Source: Candidatus Cloacimonadales bacterium | Lineage (GTDB): Bacteria > Cloacimonadota > Cloacimonadia > Cloacimonadales > JAFGVF01 | Direction: 5' to 3' | NCBI GenBank assembly: GCA_963667035.1 | Contig: OY762964.1 | Location: 1,920,001-1,984,000 of the forward strand | Length of the DNA: 64,000 nt | Shown here: positions 53,381 to 64,000 of the stretch, in pieces | Layout of the letters: each line of letters begins with the position of its first letter | Numbering within the stretch: the first letter of the stretch is position 1 | Program-made: the position numbers and the translations under genes | The notes under the pieces: model-generated | The model's database searches: none | The model's input: only the letters and a program-made list of their open reading frames with translations | Told to the model about the DNA's origin: nothing

Positions 53381-54242
53381 AGGTATAATTTTAGCCGGTG
53401 GTTCCGGATCCCGTCTCTACCCTATCACAAAAATCTATTCAAAACAATTGGTGGCAATCTACGACAAACCGATGATTTACTATCCTCTTTCTACATTGAT
53501 TATGGCTGGAATAAGAGAAATCCTCATTATCTCTAATGAAGAAACGTTACCTTGGTATAAAGAACTATTCGGTGACGGTTCACACATTGGACTATCTATA
53601 GAGTATGCCTTGCAATCCCAACCGAAGGGTATTGCCGAAGCATTTATCATTGGTGAAGAGTTCATTGGTGATGATAATGTAGTACTCATTCTTGGTGACA
53701 ATATATTCTATGGCTACCTGAATTTCTTGCGTAAAGGTATTGAAGATAACGTAGATGCTACAGTGTTCGGCTACTATGTCTCTGACCCTGAAAGATACGG
53801 TGTTGTAGAGTTTGATGAGAATATGAAAGCTGTATCACTTGAAGAAAAGCCTGCTGAGCCTAAATCAAATTACGCTGTTCCGGGATTGTATATCTATAAT
53901 TCAAAGGTAGTTGAGATTGCTAAAAATATAAAGCCGTCTCCTAGAGGTGAACTTGAGATTACTGATGTTAATAAAGTATACTTACAGAATAATCAGCTTA
54001 GAGTCCGTCTTTTAGGACGTGGTATAGCGTGGCTAGATTCAGGAACTCCAGACTCTCTACTAGAAGCTTCCAGCTTTATCGCTGCTGTCGAAAAAAGACA
54101 GGGTTTGAAGATTGGCTGTATTGAAGAAGCAGCTTACAATAAAGGCTTTATTGATTTAGAGCAAATTAGGAAAGTCATCAATGACCTTCCGAATTGTTAC
54201 TATAGAGATTACTTAAAGAAAGTTATCTTAGAAAAGAAATAG
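53370..54242 (+). CDS. rfbA: Glucose-1-phosphate thymidylyltransferase
   Basis: GIILAGGSGSRLYP, YDKPMIYYPL, LGDNIFYG, RGELEITD, WLDSGT. Confidence 0.96.
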   Translation: MKTKGIILAGGSGSRLYPITKIYSKQLVAIYDKPMIYYPLSTLIMAGIREILIISNEETLPWYKELFGDGSHIGLSIEYALQSQPKGIAEAFIIGEEFIGDDNVVLILGDNIFYGYLNFLRKGIEDNVDATVFGYYVSDPERYGVVEFDENMKAVSLEEKPAEPKSNYAVPGLYIYNSKVVEIAKNIKPSPRGELEITDVNKVYLQNNQLRVRLLGRGIAWLDSGTPDSLLEASSFIAAVEKRQGLKIGCIEEAAYNKGFIDLEQIRKVINDLPNCYYRDYLKKVILEKK

Positions 54243-54254
54243 TATTTCACAAAT

Positions 54255-54290
54255 AACAAAAGGGAACCGAATCGGTTCCCTTTTTTTGCT
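54255..54290 (+). terminator. Intrinsic terminator after rfbA
   Basis: AAAAGGGAACCGA-A-TCGGTTCCCTTTTTTT. Confidence 0.85.
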
Positions 54291-54434
54291 ATATATTATT
54301 ATAAAAATAATAGTTGACCTACTCAAGTATACATCATATTAATTGTCTATAATATATCAAGAATCTGTATACATCTGTCAAAAGCATTGCACATTGGTGC
54401 GAACAATTAACACTTAAGCGACTATGGAGTTTTG

Positions 54435-56738
54435 ATGCAACTATTATCTAAAAAAGTGTTTATCCTTGCAATTATAATAATTGCAACTACTTTATTGTTC
54501 TCAGCTATGGAGATAAAAGAGTCATACGATGAAGAATTAGGATTGTATGGTTCTAGTATCGTTTTACCTAAAGCATCTAGAACAGTAAGAACAATTACAA
54601 GAACCACAGAGCTTGACTCATTAGTAAGTCCTATTAACGAATATGTAATTATTGATTTTGGAGAGGTATCAGTGGGCACAATCTCAAACCTGACTTTTAC
54701 GGATACGTTAGTTATCATGGATAAGAGTCGAATTGTTATTGATGGCTCTGTAACAGTTGAAGGACAAGTAATTGTATATGGCGGTTTAACTGTTCCTGAA
54801 AATTCAACTCTTAATGTATATAACTATGTGAATGTAAATAGTTTTGGTCCCGTTTCTGATTATGATCAATTCTTTAAACTACAAGGGACACTAAGAGGTC
54901 ATGGTACATCAACTAATAAGGGTGGTGTCTGGGTCTGGCCTAATGGAGAAGTTATAGTTGATGGAGGAAGAATTGTCAACGCATACTTCGGACTTTATAA
55001 CTGTGGTGGTATAATTAAAATGGAACATGGTATTATTGATTCTTGCTCTCATGGGATAAGATGGTGGCGAGGAGAATTTGAAAACATGACTGGTGATCCA
55101 GCAAAGCATATTAATATTACTAATATCACAAGCTATGGTTTGAGATTACCTTATGACATCAATCTTGGTGAGCGTTCAATAAATAATATTAACTTTGATA
55201 ATGTCAACTTTGCAATTTACGGGCATGCTTCACAAGATTCTACCGTGACTATTAGTAATAAATTTAATTTCTACGGTGTTAATGCAACAAACACTTCACT
55301 ATTTCTTAGAAATGATAATAGATATAGTAAGCTATATCTGAAGGATTGCTCTGCCATAAATAGGAATACTCCATCAAATCTTGAAGCAGTGTTAATGAAC
55401 TCAGGTAATATATATGTAGAAGACTGTCATATTGTTGGGTACAATATAGGTTTCGATTTAAATGGTAGTTTACTTGTTGATCCTGAGTGCATAATAGAAT
55501 ATTCAAACATTGATAGTTGTACTACCGGTGTGTATTGTACTAGTTCAATTATAAGACTGAATGAGAACTCATTTAGAGAAAATCAGACAAACATATACTC
55601 TGTTAACTCTGTAATAAATGCAACAGGTAAAGATGGTAACAACATTTTTGAAGCAACTATTGTTAATATTAACACAAATACTGAGCAACTCAATATAAAC
55701 AATGGATATAACGATTTTTATAACGGAAATGCTAATCCATATTTTATTTATGTTGATACTTCTCTAACTTTCGGTAATTGTCATAATAATTATTGGGAGA
55801 ACAGTACCTATTCAAGCAGTACTGATACTGGAATAGATCCATATCCAAACTATGTCAACAATATCAATGATGTTTTCGAGCCTTATTGTTACTCCCCATA
55901 TAATGTATATAGACAGGAGAATAATTGCAGATTTGATATTGCTCAGAAAGAAATTAATGATGGTAATATTGAAGAAGGGTGTAGAATCCTACGAGCTATT
56001 TTGAATGATCATTTAGAGTCTGAAGCAGGTAATAGAATGTTATCGCTAGATATCTTGTTCTCATCAATGTATAAGTTAGGAGCCAGTTCAAATGACTTGC
56101 TATCATTCCTTGATTCTGTCATATCTGATTCTACTAGTGAAAGCCTCACTAACAACGCACTACGTTATAAAATGGATTTATATGCTGAGCATAGAAACTA
56201 CCAGCAAGCACTTACTATAGCAGATGATTTAATTGATAAGTCTCATAATGAAGAATCGGAATTGATAGCTATAATAGATTTACAATCACTTCTTTTGAAT
56301 ATGCTGCATGATGGATATACAGCTCCGAATACAAATTATACTTCTTACATCCGTCAAACGACACAAGAATATCTTAATGATATTTATAATAATAGACAAA
56401 AGCTTAAAGGTGCAGATAGTATTATAGATGATTCTCCAGGAGATGATTTTGTAGAATCTGCAAAAGTTATATTACTTGGGAACTACCCAAATCCTTTCAA
56501 TCCAACAACAACTATAGCCTTCAATCTTTCAAATGAAGATGATGTAATGATAAGTATATTTAACATTAAAGGTCAAATGGTTAAAGAGTTTTATTCACGT
56601 TCATATCCTAAAGGTTATAATACTGTGATCTGGGATGGATTAGGCAGTAATGGTCTAGTAGTCTCAAGTGGAGTATATTTTTATTCACTTAAATCCTCAA
56701 GTGGAACATATAATAAGAAAATGATTCTTATGAAATAG
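54435..56738 (+). CDS. Secreted beta-helix protein with C-terminal FlgD-Ig/T9SS-type sorting domain
   Basis: Signal peptide; Asn-rich beta-helix; NYPNPFNPTTTIAF...IFNIKGQ...WDG...SSGVYFY...KMILMK. Confidence 0.85.
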   Translation: MQLLSKKVFILAIIIIATTLLFSAMEIKESYDEELGLYGSSIVLPKASRTVRTITRTTELDSLVSPINEYVIIDFGEVSVGTISNLTFTDTLVIMDKSRIVIDGSVTVEGQVIVYGGLTVPENSTLNVYNYVNVNSFGPVSDYDQFFKLQGTLRGHGTSTNKGGVWVWPNGEVIVDGGRIVNAYFGLYNCGGIIKMEHGIIDSCSHGIRWWRGEFENMTGDPAKHINITNITSYGLRLPYDINLGERSINNINFDNVNFAIYGHASQDSTVTISNKFNFYGVNATNTSLFLRNDNRYSKLYLKDCSAINRNTPSNLEAVLMNSGNIYVEDCHIVGYNIGFDLNGSLLVDPECIIEYSNIDSCTTGVYCTSSIIRLNENSFRENQTNIYSVNSVINATGKDGNNIFEATIVNINTNTEQLNINNGYNDFYNGNANPYFIYVDTSLTFGNCHNNYWENSTYSSSTDTGIDPYPNYVNNINDVFEPYCYSPYNVYRQENNCRFDIAQKEINDGNIEEGCRILRAILNDHLESEAGNRMLSLDILFSSMYKLGASSNDLLSFLDSVISDSTSESLTNNALRYKMDLYAEHRNYQQALTIADDLIDKSHNEESELIAIIDLQSLLLNMLHDGYTAPNTNYTSYIRQTTQEYLNDIYNNRQKLKGADSIIDDSPGDDFVESAKVILLGNYPNPFNPTTTIAFNLSNEDDVMISIFNIKGQMVKEFYSRSYPKGYNTVIWDGLGSNGLVVSSGVYFYSLKSSSGTYNKKMILMK

Positions 56739-56776
56739 AGCTGATCATTATCTATGATTAAAGATTCTTGATAAAA

Positions 56777-56810
56777 AACAAAAAGGGAACCTTTTCGGTT
56801 CCCTTTTTTG
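56777..56810. terminator. Bidirectional terminator between the CTD-protein gene and the rRNA operon
   Basis: AAAAAGGGAACC-TTTTC-GGTTCCCTTTTTT. Confidence 0.85.
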
Positions 56811-56863
56811 TTATAAAAAAATAAATGTCATTGACTTTGTCTTTAAAAGTCAACAGCGGCTGA

Positions 56864-56980
56864 AGATGGCGGCGATCTACTCTCCCACATCGTTGCCAAT
56901 GCAGTACCATCGACGCTGGTGAGCTTAACTGCTGTGTTCGGAATGGGTACAGGTGTATCATCACCGCAATTGCCACCATC
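56864..56980 (-). rRNA. rrf: 5S rRNA
   Basis: Minus strand contains ACACCTGTACCCATTCCGAACACAG and GGGAGAGTAGATCGCCGCCA; ends approximate. Confidence 0.93.
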
Positions 56981-57032
56981 TTCAGCCGCTGCTTTGCGAC
57001 TATATTTGCTGGGATAGAGTATATAAAGTTTC

Positions 57033-59906
<2,874 letters not shown>

Positions 59907-59961
59907 GAATATCCTCTATACACTCTATCCCACGTATTTCACTTTGTTAGATCTAAAAATA

Positions 59962-60037
59962 TGGTGGAGGTTAACGGGATCGAACCGTTGACCGCCTGCT
60001 TGCAAAGCAGGTGCTCTCCCAGCTGAGCTAAACCCCC
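59962..60037 (-). tRNA. tRNA-Ala(TGC)
   Basis: GGGGGTTTAGCTCAGCTGGGAGAGCACCTGCTTTGCAAGCAGG...GTTCGATCC...CCA, 76 nt. Confidence 0.97.
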
Positions 60038-60043
60038 AAATGC

Positions 60044-60120
<77 letters not shown>

Positions 60121-60222
60121 ACTATATTTTGCTTAAAATTTATAAAAGTGAGTGAACAACTTACCGAACATTAATTATTGCAATGGAATCTGATTAAAAG
60201 ATTCATCGCTTTATACACCTTT

Positions 60223-61768
<1,546 letters not shown>

Positions 61769-61811
61769 TCATAATTGACTTGTTGGCTTATTATTCACTC
61801 ACTATTTCTGA

Positions 61812-61901
61812 CTTCTTAAAGATCAACCTGTCTAACTTCCGCGTTTCCGCATCCGTTTCACAAGTGTTTCGACAACCTAATGAGACCCCTTTTAGAGTCA
61901 A
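61812..61901 (-). promoter_or_regulatory. Putative rrn promoter and boxA-like antiterminator
   Basis: Minus strand TTGACT-N16-TAGGTT, then TGATCTTTAAGAA. Confidence 0.5.
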
Positions 61902-62290
61902 TAAAAAAAGCATCTTTTTTATTCGTATGTGGACACACATTTATATTTACTTTCTTTTTAGCATTGAGTTATGTAACTGATTTTATTTTTATCTTTAACA
62001 CTTTTATAGCTCTTTCTTAACCCCATTTTAGCTTTCATTTTCTGTTTTTCTCATTTTTTCTTCATTTTCTCTCATGCCCTCAGGTTTAGCTCTTTAACAA
62101 AGAATTTTGTGCCTCGAGAAAAGTGCTTTTATATATAGTATTTACTTAATATCTAATACATGATATAACGCTTTAATAATAGGATTAAATTCCATTCTCA
62201 ATCTTAATCAATTCCTATTCGTAATTTGTCATAATTATCAATCTGCTTTGTTCTTTTTTCACTCCTTTAGTAATCCGTCCAACTACGGAT

Positions 62291-62384
62291 TTCTTTCAAG
62301 ATTCTCTCTCATTTCTATCTCGTTTCTCTCCCGTTGCTCGCAACGGGAGACCAACGGGAGAGCAACGGGAGACTAACCCGAGAG
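62291..62384. repeat. Palindromically arranged 11-bp phased repeats
   Basis: Left arm TTCT..-units; centre TCTCCCGTTGC-TC-GCAACGGGAGA; right arm CAACGGGAGAC/G x3 + TAACCCGAGAG. Confidence 0.75.
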
Positions 62385-62447
62385 AATACAACGTCCTAAA
62401 TAAAGTAGACACATATATAACTGAGAGAAATTAAAGGTTTACAGAAA

Positions 62448-62915
62448 ATGAAACAGAAAACAGCATTATGTTATAGTGAAGTATTTAAACGTAAAGTAGT
62501 TAAAGAGATTGAGGATGGAGTTCTAACTATCTCCCAAGCAAGAACTATTTACAACATAGGTGGCTCCTCTACTTTGAAACGTTGGATTAATGAATACGGA
62601 ATAAATGATCGGATAGGAAGGACGGTACATGTTATGTCAAAAACAGAAGAGACAGAAAATATATTACTTAAAAGAGAAGTAAAAATGTTAAAGCAAGCCT
62701 TAGATGATGCCCAAGTAAAGGCAGTAGTTTATGAAGCTTTGATAGATATAGCCAAGGACAAATATGGTATTGACTTAAAAAAAAAGAGCGCATTAGGGCA
62801 GTCGATACTTCAAAGAATCAGAGAACAAGAGAGCGAACTCGAATCGGAGTCCAAGCGTCCTGCAAAGCACTCGGATGTAGCCGAAAAAGCTATTACAAAG
62901 AGAAGAAAGTCTTAG
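62448..62915 (+). CDS. IS3 OrfA (HTH)
   Basis: YSEVFKRKVV..TLKRW HTH, coiled coil, LKKK at an A9G slippery site. Confidence 0.88.
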   Translation: MKQKTALCYSEVFKRKVVKEIEDGVLTISQARTIYNIGGSSTLKRWINEYGINDRIGRTVHVMSKTEETENILLKREVKMLKQALDDAQVKAVVYEALIDIAKDKYGIDLKKKSALGQSILQRIREQESELESESKRPAKHSDVAEKAITKRRKS

Positions 62916-63673
62916 AGCAAAAGATAGATTTTGAAGAAAAGGTAATCTCTAAAGTAATGGTTATACGTTCAGAAATACCGGAGACCGGAGGTCGTAAATT
63001 ACAGGAGCATCTTCTTGACCCTGAATATGGAGTTCCAATCACAGTTGGACGCGATAAGCTTTTTGATATACTCAGAGCTCATGGTTTGATGTTTAAACAT
63101 AAGCCTCGTAAGGTATATACATCTGTCTCTGACCCGGATCATCAAGTATATCCAAATTTATTAGAGAATCTGACAGTAACTCGACCTAATCAGGTTTGGG
63201 TAACAGATATAACCTATTTGCAGTTAGTAAATAGCAAGCATTGCTATCTATCAATAATGACAGACTATTACAGTCGTAAGATTGTTGGTTTTACAGTACA
63301 GAAAGACATGACGGCAGAAAGTACACTTGCAACCTTCAATAAAGCTTATAAGAGTATCAAGCCTGCACCCGGCTTGATACACCACTCTGATAAAGGTTCT
63401 CAATACACTTCAGGAATCTATACTAATCGATTGCAAGAGTGTGGAGTAGATATAAGCATGACCGGTCCTAACAAATGCTACGACAATGCGATAGCCGAGA
63501 GAATCAATAGGACTCTAAAGTATGAGTTTTATTTGAGAGATAAATTCAGAGATATAGAACAAGCTAGGAAAGTAGTCGCCGATGCAGTTTATCTTTACAA
63601 CAATAAACGCTTGCATTGTGCACTAAAGCTTAAAACACCTAATGAATTTTATAATAAGGCACTTGCATCTTAG
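62783..63673 (+). CDS. IS3 OrfB (DDE integrase), reached by -1 frameshift
   Basis: -1 frame from the A9 run reads ...CKALGCSRKSYYK... into WVTDITY, HHSDKGSQY, DNAIAER. Confidence 0.88.
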   Translation, partial: KERIRAVDTSKNQRTRERTRIGVQASCKALGCSRKSYYKEKKVLEQKIDFEEKVISKVMVIRSEIPETGGRKLQEHLLDPEYGVPITVGRDKLFDILRAHGLMFKHKPRKVYTSVSDPDHQVYPNLLENLTVTRPNQVWVTDITYLQLVNSKHCYLSIMTDYYSRKIVGFTVQKDMTAESTLATFNKAYKSIKPAPGLIHHSDKGSQYTSGIYTNRLQECGVDISMTGPNKCYDNAIAERINRTLKYEFYLRDKFRDIEQARKVVADAVYLYNNKRLHCALKLKTPNEFYNKALAS

Positions 63674-64000
63674 TCATGCAAGTAAAACCATATTGTGGAC
63701 AACTTTCGTTCTTTAGAGAACTTATCCATGATAAAAAGTGTCTACCTGCATCAGGACTTTACAAAAAATGGTGGGAGGTAACCCTTTAAAGTATCCAGTT
63801 TTGTAATTAGCAAGAAAATTCTTTCTAAAAGAGTCGCAGAATATGGGGATAAAGCATAAATCAGCAGTTTTAGCCTTAAGTCCATATTCTGCGACTAACT
63901 CAACGGGGGCCTTGTTACCTCTAGTCCTGATTTTACGAATATGGTTGTAGTAAGTCTGATATATGAAGACTTTACTAATGAAAGATATAATGTCTCTAAA

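Larger units (their letters stand above)
62387..63763 (+). mobile_element. IS3-family insertion sequence (~1377 bp)
   Basis: Imperfect 26-bp IRs TACAACGTCCTAAATAAAGTAGACAC / TGTAAAGTCCTGATGCAGGTAGACAC enclosing orfA/orfB. Confidence 0.88.

Overview
AT-rich bacterial chromosomal window. It most likely comes from an anaerobe of the Cloacimonadota (WWE1) or a related FCB lineage; this is inferred from the 16S 5' signature GGCGTGGATTAGGCATGCAAG and a FlgD/T9SS-type C-terminal domain protein. Housekeeping and metabolic content: complete rnfCDGEAB operon, cmk-ispH-rpsA, panDC, ddl, an StnABC/Bfu-type NuoE-NuoF-GltD fusion complex next to gdhA, a deoxy-amino-sugar cluster, and a complete rRNA operon (16S-tRNA-Ile-tRNA-Ala-23S-5S, minus strand). 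The main result is a stand-alone type VI-B CRISPR system: a ~1033-aa Cas13b with both HEPN R-x4-H motifs, followed by a 36-nt-repeat array (5 clear repeats plus 1 degenerate, 30-31 nt spacers), with no csx27/csx28 or cas1/cas2 beside it. About 16 kb away is a type I-B operon. Its cas3, cas1 and cas2 each carry an in-frame stop, cas6 lacks an in-frame ATG, and the array appears reduced to one vestigial repeat, while cas8b, cas7, cas5 and cas4 stay open. Also present: an IS1182 inserted into the rpsA terminator with a 20-bp duplication, an IS3 with a -1 frameshift site, a family of three-hairpin REP-like elements, and 11-bp phased repeat elements.
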